From Nageia nagi (lineage: Eukaryota; Plantae; Pinophyta): a stretch of 64,000 bases of DNA. The position numbers and the translations under genes are program-made. The DNA lies in assembly GCA_050084985.1 (NCBI GenBank), contig JBITNC010000001.1, forward strand, positions 124,496,001-124,560,000, written 5' to 3'. The stretch's first letter is position 1. Every line of letters starts with the position of its first letter. Of this stretch, positions 13,295 through 27,410 are shown piece after piece. Below the pieces are notes generated by a model. That model ran no database searches. It saw only the letters and a list, made by a program, of their open reading frames with translations, and was not told the DNA's origin.

Positions 13295-16280
13295 TATACT
13301 AATGTCCACAGGTGACCAAAAGCGGTCAATGGGATTGGGAAATACATAAGAAGTGTAATAGCAATTTGGGGCTCAGGATGGTCCCCGTGAAAAGCTAAAT
13401 ACAACTAAAAGTAATAATAGATACAAAAACAATGGGGGGTTGAAACCCTAGATGTGAAAAGGACTACATCATTGTATGCTCAGGGGGCATGCTGGTGAGA
13501 GCATGAGGGTGCTCTCTCTAGTGTAGCTGAAGCAAGCTCTCTCTAGTCATTAGAATCAGCATCTATATCAGCTCTGAAAAAGGATGTAATATGATGGGAT
13601 CCTGAGGAAATGTTAGTGTCATGTAGGCATCTCTAAGTGTGTCAGGCTACGATGGGAGGATAATCTTTCACCCTCTAGCGAGATCTCTCCTTTGAGGGAG
13701 GTTGGAAGAAGGATTTGATGCGACAGTCACTGCTCAAGTGATGAGTGAGGGATAGGAGGCATTTCTGAAGAAGGAAAGCCTCTCAAATATAAATTGTCCC
13801 ACATCTTTGATCCGTATACTGAAAAAAGGAGGAGATTGATCCATGAGATTCATGAAAGAACAATGGTATTGTCTACAGATCTCGTAATAGGCTGAGCAAC
13901 AGAAGATGAAATGGTCCTCAAACAATCTCTATTGCACAAAAGCGACAAATTCTAAGCTCACGTGCTAGGTGATGATCCGTCTCAATTTGTAGTTGGTATG
14001 AGCATACCCAGAACTGACCAAGAAACATCCTCAACCCATGAGGTAGGTGTAAGCAGGGGTGAGGATCCACCCTCTCTCAATTTGCATAAAGTGTTGGGAG
14101 TAGTGGAGTAACTTGGGTGTGAGGGGTTATTGAGGAGTGACCCAAGTACAGTGTATGTAAGCTCTGTAAATTGTCTTGCGGATCTATGTTAGCAAGTCAT
14201 CTGAAGCTGTGGATGGATCTCACGGTCATATGAAAAGCCTAGGCGTTGTGACATCTTTGTGACCTCGATGAACCAACATGTAAAATCCCAAATAATTCTC
14301 CATGCAAATATTAGCCAAACAATAAATAAAATATATCAAATTATGCTCCTAGGCATGCCACAAACTGATCTAGGGTATCAAACGAGTCACACAATGTGCC
14401 AGAAACCCCAACGTTGCGCTCCCTTAGCCAAAAAACACCTCAAATGCTCAACATTACACTAGGGCATCCACAAATTATGCTAAACATGCCATAAATGATC
14501 CCATAAACATGACATCAAACCAAGAGAAGCAAGATATCATCAAACACACCAAAATATGAGACAAGAAATGGAGATCAAGTGTGCCACGGCTCAATTAATG
14601 ATGGAATGATGAGTACAATACAATATCAAGCCCTCAAAGGCTCAACATTGGTCTCCAAAGAGCCAACTAGGGCACACTGATGTGCAGATATGATCTCCAA
14701 TGCAGATATGTTGTAGAACAACCACACTCTACCAGATCTGGGGATGCGTCACTAAAGGGCTTCCTCACATGCTAGCTCCCAACGATGAGAACAAGTGCGA
14801 TTCCAGAATGACACCAAATGGATTCAAAGGTGCAAACCACTATAGATGCCTCAAGGTAGGGCAACCTCACAGCACGAACATTCACCTCAACCGCTAGTCA
14901 GAAGGTGTTCCAAGCCTCTTGGACTCTCCTTGGTCTACACGCCTAAGGGTGCTTGACGTTGCCAAGTCTTTCATTAACTTCGAAGAGAAGAAGGGGTTTC
15001 AATATAATAATCAACATATCTCTGCAATGATATTCCAATGCCTTATATAACATTCCTTGGATCTAGATCTCACCTAGAAGTCATCACTCATCCTCCAAAT
15101 CCCACGTTAGCCTCCTAGAGGCTCTCAAATGCTAGACGTGGGGTTAGATGTCCCCCAATGCGCCTAGGTATCATGCATATGCCTCTCTAATCCAACGTTA
15201 CCTAGGAATGCCAATAATCACATTTAGTGGTCCACATTACAAGATCCAATGGCTAGATATGCAACGCTCATTATTGGAAACTAATATTGCATTTACAATT
15301 ATTAATTGCCTTGGAATCATGTATTACAACTCATATAAGTGACCCCATTATAATGCACTAAATCTACTCTTAACTATCAGACTCACACCTAAATACCATC
15401 ATTAACAAACTCATAGCCCAAGGAGAGGGACATCACACTCCAAGGGGCCAATATGGAGATGTTCTCAGATTTTTGTGCATGGACACGGTATGGAAGATTA
15501 GTCCCACTGGCAAACTTTAAGAGGCCATAAATCTTTCGTTTCCTACTGAAACCATGTCGTATAACCTATCAAAACGTTTTCCATGAGCTACTCTATCTAA
15601 TGAAGAAGCCTAATCAACCATCCAAAACCTGTGGCGAACTCCATATTAAATTAAGATCTAAAGGGAACCCCTCTGAAATATCCTTAGCAGAATATTAAAG
15701 CCCAAGAGCATGCAAGCTCTCCAAGTTCTCTACCAAAATCAGCCCCCTCCAAATGACCAACTCTTCTTTTTAAATAGCCTTGGAAATCTTAATTTAATCC
15801 TCTTGACAATTACAAAAGTCTGCCTCATAACAGTTACAAATCCTCTCCTAGGGCAGTTATAAAAGCATTAAATAATTCTTTGGACTTTGACCTCATAACA
15901 GTTACTTTTGCCAAAATGGAAATTACAAATACTAGAGATAGTTAATATTGCCTTGTCATCCCAACCATCAAGATAAAAACATGTACCAAGTCAATGATAT
16001 TAATTAATACTTTTTTTCTTTATCTCAAAACTATTCTAAATATATAACCAACTCTCTAAACACTTATACTAACAATAAAACTTCTCAAAACACACTAACC
16101 TACCCCTTTGAAGCCCACAAACAACAACAAAACATAAATTTGAAATAAGGCTGGAAATTTTTGAGACATTACATAGTCTATTCATGAGTCAATGATGAGG
16201 GATTATGCTGAAGGCCTTTTGAAAGTCCACGAAGCAATAATAGACTGAGGACTTGCAAAATTTAGCCTCCTCAAACCTGA
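13295..16280 (-). mobile_element. RTEX/RTE-like LINE remnant (internally deleted, interrupted by the LTR at 14247-16173)
   Basis: RT piece YCFVDFQKAF at about 16180-16270; C-terminal CRFC...EDHFIFCCSAYYEI; 3' end matches that of 33185-35265. Confidence 0.75.
14247..16173 (-). mobile_element. Solo LTR-like element
   Basis: TG...CA ends (TGTGACATC / GACATTACA), TATA near 15045 on minus, about 450-bp block shared with LTR 7143-8511; no clear TSD. Confidence 0.65.
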
Positions 16281-16788
16281 ATAAAATCCTCTAACAAGGA
16301 ATTAATTGAGAGATACAAATATGTGTTTAAAATATTGTGTAGTCTCCAAAGCTATTAAGTCTCCAAATCAGAGCTTGAAGAAAAAATTTCTTGCTAACAA
16401 GGCAACACCTAGTGTTAACAAACATGTTCTTTTACACATCCTTCACTAAGTATTTGTTAACATAAAAATGTGCATTCAACCTTGGATTTTCAATCATTTC
16501 ATTCATGGCCTGCAGAATTTTGTTCATCACAAAAATACAAACAGAATATCCGAACATATATTGCAGCCCACTTCTCAAAAAATACTAGCATGTATGCAAC
16601 CATCTCTTAAAATGGCTAATTCGTGTTGGTTTTTATCTTCAACAATATTCTCAAACAATTTTCTTCTACAATAAATATGCTTTGATGCTCCTACTATGTG
16701 CTAGAAGCTTTTAGGACCCAAAGCCTTTAAAGGTAGTGCAAGTACCTTTGGGCATGAATTTGACTCTTTGATGCCAGGAGAAGAAATT

Positions 16789-18557
16789 TGTAATGTCCCC
16801 AATTTGGGACATCTAGACGTCTCCTCTCATGCTTATTCATTGTGATCCTTAGTACTTAGATTAGGAGTACTTTATTTGTCAATTTATGTATTTATCATAC
16901 TCATATTTGTGCCTAACAGTCAAACACTCAAATTGGGGGAATTATGTATTTATTTAAGAAAATAAAAAGGGCCATTTAATGATACAATGCCTCACATCCA
17001 AGTCGTCCATATTGGGGAGGTTTTGGGGCCATTTACTATTTTATTATTCCCCCTCTCCTAATCAATTGCCTTCTAAGGGTATATTGGCAAGTTTGGAATG
17101 CTATAAAGGCAAGTCATTTGGTCACTTGAAGACATTATCTTCTGCATTCGATCTTGGATCATTCGGAGCTTAGGGATGCTTCCCTTCTCTACCTTCTAAA
17201 GCTTAGGGCTGCTCCCTAGCCTAGAAGTGGCTCATCTACACTTCTACATCTCTTGGAGAGCTTGCACCCTTGATTTGAAAATCCATGAGTAATCAGCGAG
17301 TACTCGCGAATAACCGCAATTTGGAGGCAAAACGAGTAATTGGGGGTCATTACTCAGCCTTGGCAGTTTTTGGAGGTTACTTGGCAGTTACTCGGTAGTT
17401 ACTCGGCAACTACTTGGCTACTATCAAAATAGAGCTAAAAACATGAAAAAAAAGATAGTAAACACCAAAATATGCCTTTTAACTATCTAATTGTGTCTGA
17501 TTCTTCTCATTCCATTGTGTTAGCTCAGTTTTTCGCTCTATAGATCAGTTTGTGAAAGATTTGAAGTATCAATTTGAAGACCTTCACAGCTGATTTGTAT
17601 TTTTTTTCATATTTTGTATTTTTTCATATTTTGAAATGTTGGAGGTTTTTTTTACCGAGTACCCTCTGAGTTGCCGAGTACTCTCTAAATGTTTCCTGGC
17701 CAAGTATTTCTCGAGTCCGAGTTTTCCAAACTTGCTTGCACCTATCATTCTTTCCATTTGGGAGCTTGCATCAGCCATTGGGAGTCCTCTTGAGTCATGT
17801 GCCAAGCTTGGGAGCCCCCTTGGGACTTGCGCCAACCCTATGGAGTCTAGTTTGAGCATTTCAGAGTTTTGGGCTATGCCTTAGAACTTGTTACAGCCTT
17901 ATACTCATTCTTGGTTGACTATTGATGATATTGGCTCTCATGTCGCATCTCAAATGTGAATGAATGTTCCTATATATTCCTGCCATTCTACTATCTTCAT
18001 TTTGCATGGGAATATATGCGAATTAGAGTATTTTGGATCAATATTTCTGTTATGTTACAGATCTGATTTGTGCCCTAGTTTTGGTAATGTTCACATGTTA
18101 TAAGAGCTTTATACCAGATTTGGCTACTGCTGTTATATTCCAGTTTGAGCACATGTTTGGATGGTTAATGAGCATTTACTTTTGATACCCTAATTTATGA
18201 ATAAATGCGGAATTAAGTGAGAAACTGGATAAACCCTAGAAAGGTACATTACAAAATTTAACAAATAAATTCTTCTTCCAGCTCTTCCAATTCTGCAATA
18301 TTTGCTTAACTCTTCAAAAAAATTTTGACAAATCACATTTAGTTTTCCACACTCATTGTTTAAAAGGCCAAATTTATTACAATAAACAATTGCTTTTATA
18401 TTGGTATTCAAGTCATATGATGTAGATTTATTAATGTTCCTATTAATTCATTGGCTTGTATCCCCCATTATTAATTAATATTATTTTTCCTATTCATCGA
18501 TTAGAAAAATGGAGAAATTTCTTTTTTTTTAGTTGGCTATTTAAAATAAGGGCTACA
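16789..18557 (+). mobile_element. Solo LTR containing a nested MITE
   Basis: TGTAATGTCCCC...GGGCTACA ends, CTATAAA at about 17101; TSD imperfect (AATT/AATA). Confidence 0.65.
17269..17734. mobile_element. Non-autonomous hAT element (MITE)
   Basis: Perfect 8-bp TSD CTTGCACC (17261-17268 / 17735-17742); imperfect TIRs CTTGATTTGAAAA vs CAAGTTTGGAAAA; many subterminal TACTCGG/CCGAGTA repeats. Confidence 0.85.
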
Positions 18558-18899
18558 AATACTTCTTACATAATTGAAAGCAGAAAAAGAAAAATAAGGT
18601 TAGGTTTGTTCTTACCACCACCACAGAAAAGCTTTTAGATAAAATCTTTTCTCCTTTTTATAACAATTTAGCTAGAGAGTGTTTTCCAAATATTTTCGTT
18701 TCCCAAGCTGGATAAGTAAAGTCCTTCACTCTCAAAGTTTTGCAGATAGGGATCTTGTTTCTTCTTCAATGATAACACATTCAATGTTCAAAACTTCAAA
18801 CACCTTTGACTTCTATGATCACATTCAGAGTTCAAACTTATGAGTTCTATGCCACAAAATTCTACCAACCAAGTTACAAACAAAGGGAAATTTTCTTAC

Positions 18900-18974
18900 C
18901 AACAAAGATATTAGGTACAGTGGTTTGCCCAGTTAGCTGCTTTAGAGCATCTTGCATCTGCCTCTCTCCAGTCC
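18900..18974 (-). CDS. GRX: Glutaredoxin coding exon 3
   Basis: Acceptor TTTTAG|GG; encodes (G)TGERQMQDALKQLTGQTTVPNIFV(G) with the glutathione-binding TVP motif; donor G|GTAAG; phase matches exon 2. Confidence 0.95.
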
Positions 18975-19471
18975 CTAAAAACAAGAAATGTTCATAATTA
19001 GGAAAATACTATCAGCATTTTGATCAAAATATAAAGGTCATTCATAAAAAAAGTTACTTCACGAATGACCTTTTACAAAAAAATCAATCCAATAGCTAAA
19101 TAAGATAGGAAACCAAACTAAAACCTTATAAGATCGGGATGCACAGCAATGCAAAAGGAGTTCTTAGCCATCAATAACATCAAAGTACAGAGTTCTCTGA
19201 ACCTCCTGGTATATGATAGGATAGATGAAAAGCAAACGAATAAGATAGTGAAACCATAGGCCTATGGACAAGTTAGCACCTCTACAATCTAGAGACTGAG
19301 AAATACATGACAGGAGAACTAACATCTTGTACTTCACAAAGAGTCATCACCATTACACAATACAAAATAAAAAATTTCAATGATGGAAATGAATGGATGT
19401 AAAATGGTGCTTTGATGTATAATAAAATTCAAATTCAAATATTAACATCCATAATGCATCTCATACATGGA

Positions 19472-20734
19472 TGTGATGTCCCATTTGGACCAATGAGCAA
19501 TTGTGTAATGACTCTTTGTATTCTAGCATATTGTTCATGTTCATGTTGTGTTTGTGTAACTCAAGCAGGAGCCTATGGTCTATGGACCCCATTGTGAGCC
19601 CAGTAATGGGATGTCTCCCCTTGAGTAGTGATGTTTTGTGTTGTGATGGGTTATCCTGGATTGTGGGAATCCCAATGTGTTGTGTGTAGTTAATGGGTGA
19701 TCGCGGATTGTGGGAATCCCAAGGTTGTCATGTGTCATGCATGTTGGAGGTGCACAGAAGAGCATGCCAACATTAGGAGGACCCCACGTTGGCTCATGAG
19801 ACCTTACAAACCCCCATTTCAACCTAGAAGGCCATTTGGACCCCACGTCAACCTTGAGGGTCTTTATGACCCCCACGTTGGCATGGTTGACTTGTTGACC
19901 GCAATGATGGATTAGAAATGGCTTGGGGTGATAACAAGGCATGATCTATGTACATGAGAGACTAAATATAGGGGATGAAGCTCCACTATGAGGTTACCAC
20001 TTATCATACACTTTTTATATCAGTCCCAATCGGGCAACAAAGTCTTAGCGGTGCTGAGCAACTATTCCTAGACAACATCTAGAGGAGTGGTAGGGTTGGG
20101 AGCCTGACATTTGACAGCTTAGGTGGGTCACCTAGCCCATTCGGTGGAATTCCGAGGATGAGCTTCTACCTTCATTGGTCACTAGGATTCGAGGAGACTC
20201 TTTCACAGGGGGATTCAAATAGTTGAGGAAGTCAATCTAATCCTACAATTCGGTTTGGCTTTCAGAGGGTTTGGAACCCTAGATCAGTTGGTGTACCTCC
20301 ATTGTGTATTCACTGTCTCTCATAGTCCAAAAGGCAATTCATTGTGTTCCATATAATTGTGTTGCTCCATTGTGTGCATGCGTTAGCCCTTGTGGCATTG
20401 TGTTGTTGTTATATCATTGTATGTTCCATGTGTTGTGATATACTAGTGTTGGAAGCTTCATACTTGTGTTATATTGCTTGTATACCCATCGTTGACATTT
20501 ATGTGTTGTGCAATTGTGTTGAGGGCCATTCGTAGGGTTTGCAGGGTGTTGGAGAAGCCCTAGGGGCTAACATCAGCATTTGGTGACCCACATTGGTATT
20601 AAGGAGTTGTTGTGTGCCCTAGAGGGCAATTGTTGGGGTTGTGTTTGCATTGTGGTGTGGCCGTTTGGTGTTTGAGGGTTGCAGAAACCCTAGTGTTGAT
20701 TGTTTTTGATTGAGGGTAATTTTGGATCCTCACA
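19472..20734 (+). mobile_element. Solo LTR (same family as 7143-8511)
   Basis: TG...CA ends, perfect TSD ATGGA, extensive similarity to the reverse complement of 7143-8511. Confidence 0.92.
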
Positions 20735-20880
20735 ATGGAACCACCTTGTACTCCCTTTTATGCATAGCTAGGGAGGCACCATATATTGTTGTGATCATTC
20801 AAGGCATACATACCCTAAAATAGGGGATTTGAACCTGTTCCTCATATCTGGAGTACATAAGCCTTCACCACTAGGCTTAT
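20735..20880 (-). mobile_element. tRNA-derived SINE head (body probably interrupted by the solo LTR)
   Basis: A-box-like AGCCTAGTGG and B-box GGTTCAAATCC at tRNA-like spacing on the minus strand. Confidence 0.55.
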
Positions 20881-21320
20881 TTAGACTGTAATCCATAGCT
20901 AAGTCTACAGATATAGATATGAGGGTTGAAAAAATTCAAAAGCAACAATGGTTGGTTTGCAGAAATAAATATACTACTCAATTGTCCATACAAAGTGAGC
21001 AGAAAGAGGTAAACAGCCTAAGCTAAAACAACTAATATATAATAAGTAATATACTACCCCAAAATGCTATGAGACAGACTGTACCTAAATCAAAGTGAAG
21101 TATCGTGTACATGCTGATTAATTGATTTGGCCCGTATATCAACATACAACAATATATTATGAAGTTATTTTTTTTTCAATTAAAGGATGCCAAATCATGA
21201 GAAATCAAAGCATGAATGTAATCCCACAAGCAAAGAGGAATCAACTGGGTGTTCCAAAAATTTCAGATCCTTGTATTTACTAGTGGCAATCAAATATTGT
21301 TCAAACGTTCTCTTGAAAAT

Positions 21321-23020
21321 GGTGGGAGTGGTGGTGGGTGAATTACTAGTCACACATGGACCTTATGGGATGCGTTATGTGGAAGGAACGAGCATCAAGG
21401 ATTTGGTAAGCTGGCAGATTGTCTAGTGTGGAAGCCACTTGAGTCATGTGCTTCACTTGGCGTAAAACTCATAGTGGCCTTTTTGGAAATGATGGAACAA
21501 CCTTGGGGCATTCTCGCCATGATTGCAACGAGTGGAATGGATTGCAAGGCATGCGAAAAGGATTATTGTATGGAGAGCCTCTATCTAGGGGATTTGTCCA
21601 AGGAGGTGGAAGGGACGTCATGCATAGCATTAAATACAATTGGAGAGGATGGTATCCAAGCAAGGGAAAGTGTTTGGTGGTTTGAAGTTGCTTGAACCTG
21701 TGGTGCAAAATGGCAGATGTCTTTTATTATCTTGAACCTGCAGCTCTTGAGGTTGACAAAAAGAACAAGGAGCTCTTAAGGCAGGCAGGATGGCTGCATT
21801 TTCTTGAATTATTTCAGCGCGCAGATGAAAACCTGGCTTTACAATTTGCCCGATCTTGGAAAGAAGGGAGGGTTAAAGTTGAAGTCTTTTCCTTCACCAT
21901 TAACCCTGAGCTCATCTCAAAGGTTAAAGGTTTTCCCTCTAGAAGGGGATAAAATCTTGAGGAAAAAGCACTCTCTTGCCATCAAATTGAAAGTGCTCAA
22001 TGGTAAAAAAGATAAGCTTCAGAAGATGCAAGGTGGGAGTGGCAGGGAGTCGTCGTTGGTAAAGTGGAAGAATTTGGTAACCGTAGTAATGCAATACATT
22101 ACCCTAGATAACCAAGCTCCTATTCTCCATAGCTTTTACTTCACATTTTTGAACATCTTTTGAAAGGGGAAGGAGGTCAACATACCACTCCACCTATTCC
22201 ACTCTCTCCATGCCATCAGGGTCTGTTGTGTGTACGGTTCAATCATGAGGCTTCGCATAGGCCCCAACTTGAGCCCTCACTAGGGCTGGACTATGAAGAC
22301 ACGGAAGAGGAGTTGGAGGAATAAGAAGAAGACGAGGCATCAAAGGCTAAAGAAGCTGAAGATTTTGTTATTCCGATGGAGGATGACTTGGCTGACAAGG
22401 AGGACTTAAGAAAGCGTAAACTTCAGTGAGGAAGAGCCCTATGCTAAGATCGTCCTGGTCAATTCAAAGAGTGGCTTCTAAGGAAGGCAAGGCGAAGGTG
22501 GAAGATATTTCTAAAGAGTCGTAGCCATAGCCTCCTCAAAAACAGAAACTTCCTATGACCCAAGGAGAATCTTCTAGTTTGCAGATATCTAAGGGAATCT
22601 TGGGCACCCCAATGCAGAACTCACCCAAAGATGTGGAGGAATGGGCAGGTTTCCTTTTGGTCTGGGTCAAATCCACTTGGGCTACTCTGTTCCATGCTGA
22701 ACAGCTTCTGGATGACCTCAAGAACCGTTTCAGAAAGAGCAAGGAGACTACCCAAGAGAGTCTAGCTCCAAGAAATGTGAAGGAGAAAGGGAAGGCCCTC
22801 CTCTAGTACCTCAGTTTGTTTAATCCTTTGTTTTGTGCTTCTCTAGCTGTAGCCTGTAATTTGTTTTCATATATGCATGTTTTGTATAAGGGTACCATAG
22901 GACCCTATTAATCTCTTTTTGTTTATGCTTCGTTTTGTGGAGGTGGACGTTGAAAATTTGGTGAAAATGTAAAAGGTATCAGGTCCTTTCGAAACCCTTA
23001 AAACTATTATCTATAAAAAA
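21321..23020 (+). mobile_element. 5'-truncated LINE-derived fragment carrying an accessory ORF (ATG 21710, disrupted, to about 22806)
   Basis: Poly(A) end at about 23014-23021, degenerate 18-bp TSD (21303-21320 / 23020-23037), protein homologous to the ORF starting at 49202 on the minus strand. Confidence 0.7.
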
Positions 23021-24871
23021 AGAGCTCTCTAGAAAATTCTTGAATTGGATAAGCCCACTCAAAGATTATGATAGACATAGAGATCTAGATCACTGCATTC
23101 AATTCAGTAGTACTGCAGACATGGTCAAGATGGTGACACTGGTAGTTGTCATATTAATGTATCATGTAGCAACATTTAATTATGAGAATGTTTAATTTTT
23201 CATCTTAAATACAGGCCTAAACAATAAAGGATTTAGTGCCCCTTAGAATGTTGTATAGAATGATGAATCAAATATGGATAACATGAAAGCCTTAGCATTG
23301 AATTATTTATTTTCACCATTTGTATTTTATTTATGTGTCTATGCATTACTTTTGTGTCTGACTATAGTTGCCAAAAAACTTTATCCTGCAAATTTTGGAA
23401 AATCTTTACCCTTCTTAAAACTTCTCAAACCTTGTCACAATGATCAATATCTTCACAGATGTTAAGAAAAGCATCTAGGAGTACTGTGCCTTCTTAGCTT
23501 ACACTACTTTGAAGAGTCCTAGAAGTTGATACATCTCTCTTAATTAGCATATATACGTGGAATACACTTGTAAGTTCATTTCTATAGAAGAGATTCAATC
23601 CTAGAACCGCCTGGCATGGTAAAGAAATGAATGGCAATCTCAGCCGTCACCTTATACCCATCATAAAGAGATATTACAAATGTGGAGAGACAACATAGCA
23701 GCCTAAGTGCGGTCACTAAGCCAATATTGAATCAAATGACCTAAATTTGTTGACAACTCCTTCCCATGCTAACAAAAGTGCAAGGAAGTGCATGAAAGCA
23801 AGTAAATTAAAACTAGATGGCTGCAACTAGACACTCATTTGCATCATCTATATGTAAACATTAAAAACGATTTGCAAGAAGGAATTTAAGAGAAGAAAGA
23901 TTTAAGAATAAGCTTCTTGTGGGAATACATGGAGACACAGATTCGCACAATAAATTAGACATAAAACCAAATCCAATAACCCATTTTGACTATGTTTAAT
24001 CATTTGTCCCTTCTTAGAAGAAACAGTCCTCAATTCCTGTTGTCAATTCAGAATCTACTGCCCAATTATTGACTGGAAGATCCACTTATTTTGAGTTTGC
24101 AACCAACAAAACAGTAACAAGTATAACCTAGCATAAGTGTACGAACATCAACAGAAGTATCTCTAAACAATGGAGATTGAAATCTAGAACAATATTCTTG
24201 AGACAAGATATGTCACTTCCTCCAGATATAGAAGATCATAAAAGTTTTGTCTGATATTGATTATATCATATAAACCAAGTTGAGGAAGAAGATCCAACCT
24301 GAAAGCATGTCATTGAAGCTGTTTCAAAGTCATTCAAGGCCCAATGTCAAATCAACTTAAGTTTATGATGTTGCTTAAATATCAGTTTGTCCCAATAGAG
24401 GCAAACTTTATCGACATTTGAATATGACCGAAAGGACTTGATGTCAATCAGGAAGCTCTTTGAACTCAGATTCATTCTTAATAACATTATATAAATATGT
24501 TCATGGACATTAGCCAGATATTTGATCATTTTGTCAAAAATAGGAACAAGCTGTGAAGACAACTACAGGAATCTTGTGGGGAGAAACGCATTAATAACTT
24601 TGGAAAACCTCAAATGAAATAAAGACATGGATATATATATTGTAATCATGTCACTACATATGAAGATACCATCACACTACTTATTCTAGTTATGATAGAT
24701 CTAAAAAGCATGAATCAAAGAACAGCCTCAATTCAACCATGTATTTTACCATTTTACAATAAAGAGACTAAATATCGAAACTAAAAGCCTAAAGTTTTTG
24801 TAAGGTTTTCCAAAAGATATTTAAAATACTTAAATTACAATGAGTAGTTAGATGCCTTATGACAAGTCCAC

Positions 24872-26006
24872 TGTTATGTCCCAATTTTGAATCATCGGCA
24901 TTATATATATATGGTAGTATGCTAATAATTATTTTGTGGCTAAGGTAAGGGAAAATAATAAAATAAATAATGATGTGGCTTAGTTATGTGTTATGTGACT
25001 TAGGTGGATAAAAAATAATAAAAATATAATAAAAAGGGGGAGGAATAAGGAATGCCACATTAAGGGGATATTAGAGAGTTATTGTTATTTTAATAAAATA
25101 AAATAAAATAATGTGCTCCATGATGGATTAGGGTTTGGTGATATAAAAGTGAAATGAGACTTCATTCTACACATCCATTGTTATTTTCTCTCTCATTTGA
25201 GTTTTGGCTGAAAAGTCATCTCCGTAGCTTCTGAGGACGAAACCCCACAGAAGTATTTGCTCTTGTGGATGAAAATCTGCAGGAGTAAACCCTTGAGGAC
25301 GAAAACCCTCTAGCTTTGGGAGATTGAGGACGAAAACCCTCTAGCTTTGGGAGATTGAGGACGAAAACCTTCCATCTCAAGAGGCAAATCCATCCAGGGT
25401 TTGTAAGGGAGAATCAAAGATTATTATTTTCAAAGCAGAGATTAGATTATCAATTGGTGAGCAACCCAGATCAGATTTTGATATCAGATTGAGCATACTG
25501 CGGCAGAAATTATTACTCAAATCAGTTTTCAGAGCCAACTATTGTTGGATGTTCCAATTCTGAAGAATTGTAGAGTGATCTTGTGCATCTTTCAGCCAGA
25601 TTTGGTATACAAAGTGGGATAGCCAACCCTAGGAGGCATTTTACTGCATCTTGTATTCATTTTGGAGCTTCCAGGAGGGTCATTCAGCTTGAAAAAAGCA
25701 GAATTACGTTTTTGAACATTTAGATCGGATCACCCAACCTCTGGGGCATTTTCTTCTGCAGTAGCAATCTAATTTAATATTTTGTGAGTTGCTTAATGTA
25801 GCCATTTCCAATGTTATCCATGTAATGGTTTCTATATTTCACATTTAATGCAAAATTGTGTTGTTGGTGCTGTCTAGCAAGATTTTAAGTAATTTTGTAA
25901 TTCAAAATTATAGATTAGAATTCTTATTCAGATTGTTATTATTTTGTTTGGGAAAATATTGCGATCTAGCTAGGGTTTGATAATTTTTCAGAAAAGGATC
26001 ATTACA
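24872..26006 (+). mobile_element. Solo LTR
   Basis: TGTTATG...CATTACA ends, perfect TSD TCCAC, TATA at about 25142, internal 32-bp tandem repeat TTGAGGACGAAAACCCTCTAGCTTTGGGAGA at about 25292-25370. Confidence 0.92.
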
Positions 26007-27410
26007 TCCACCCATATTAGGGGTGCTGGGCAAGTAATGGGAACACTCCACGATAGGCCAAGGTTCAAATCTCCCCCACATATACATGGTAGAACATGTA
26101 AAAGGAGTTTTAAGTACCCTTCTCCATAACTTAAGAAGAGGTTTACTTTAAAAAACATATGTTGAACAACGCCAGCACAAGGGGCACCATTGAGGACATT
26201 TCCCGAGGGAGCACCAAGGACATCTTCAAAATGCTTCTGCCCAACCCATGGAGAGTTGTCCCCAATCATATCCCAAAGGAGGCATTCAAGGGATGGCTCA
26301 GCAGTCCAGACCAGATTTATGATTGATAAATTATTTAATTTAATAAATATTTGTTAAATTTATTTGTTAAATAGATATTTAATAAGTTTAAATTTAAATA
26401 TAAAATTTAATTTTTTATATTTTATATTTATTAAATTAAATTAAATTTGATCACAAAATGTTAGAGGAGTTGAAAGAATAAGTGGATGTAGAAACCCTCA
26501 AGTGATGTAAAGAGAGTCCTAGGTTCAACTCACCCCTCCTACATGATTGTGATATATCTCAAAAAGTCACATTAGGGTAACATACCTCAAATTCCAAACC
26601 ATTTTGTGAAAAGGTTGGTGCCCTTTTAAAAACCCCTTCTAATCTCTCAATCAAAAAATATTTAATTAATTTTTGTTTAATTTAAATTTAATAATATTTG
26701 ATAAATAAAGTTTTTTTTTCAACAAGGGTAAAAAAATTAAAACGGGTTTTCCAAAAAACAGGGCCCCAAAACATGTATGTACATGAGCGGATAGATATTC
26801 TACAATATTACAAATGATTCAAAAAGCTATCACAAAAGTTCCCCGTAGTTTCAACAAAATCCTATGGGCATCTATCTTTCTTTGTTGGTTCCTGATCACA
26901 CCATCCACACACTAGCTGCACCATTGAGCTCCAATCTACCTCAAAGTTTGAATCTTTCTTATTGAAGAAATCCCATAATAGCTCAATTTCCATTTTAGAC
27001 AATCCTTCTTAATGTTGGATTGGGATAGTCGTAGGGATTTCTTTCTATGTGGATGTCAAAGTTACCTTCCATCGATCCCCACCGAGCTTCTGTTTGTTGT
27101 ACCACGGGTATTGAATGGCCTTCATTGCCTGTCTAACCAATCTGACATTCCTCCATTCTCTGCCTTGGCATCCAATTCGTCCCCATTCTTCAAAATGCCT
27201 TTGCTTCCCGTAGATTTTCTGAATCTTCATCTTTGAAATGAGGGTCATCAATTTGCTTGGGCCTTCAAAGACCTTCCTAGAATTGTCCATCTGAGGGGGT
27301 TGTTGCTCTAAAGGAGCGTGGATATTTTCATGAGTAACCTCATTCAATCGGCTTTGGAGAATTACCTCCAATATCCATTTCCTCAATTGCTGGAGAAGCC
27401 CACTAAGTTT

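Noticed and set aside
24347-24562. Possible Penelope/Dryad-like RT remnant (FLIDIKS..YSNV)
   Set aside because: Downstream RT motifs (G.MGS, YVDD) could not be found; the similarity is too weak.
25231-25244. Hammerhead ribozyme core (CTGAGGA...GAAAC) suggesting a retrozyme
   Set aside because: Only one nucleotide separates CUGANGA and GAAA, so there is no stem II; the motif is one of several GAGGACGAAA repeats in this LTR.
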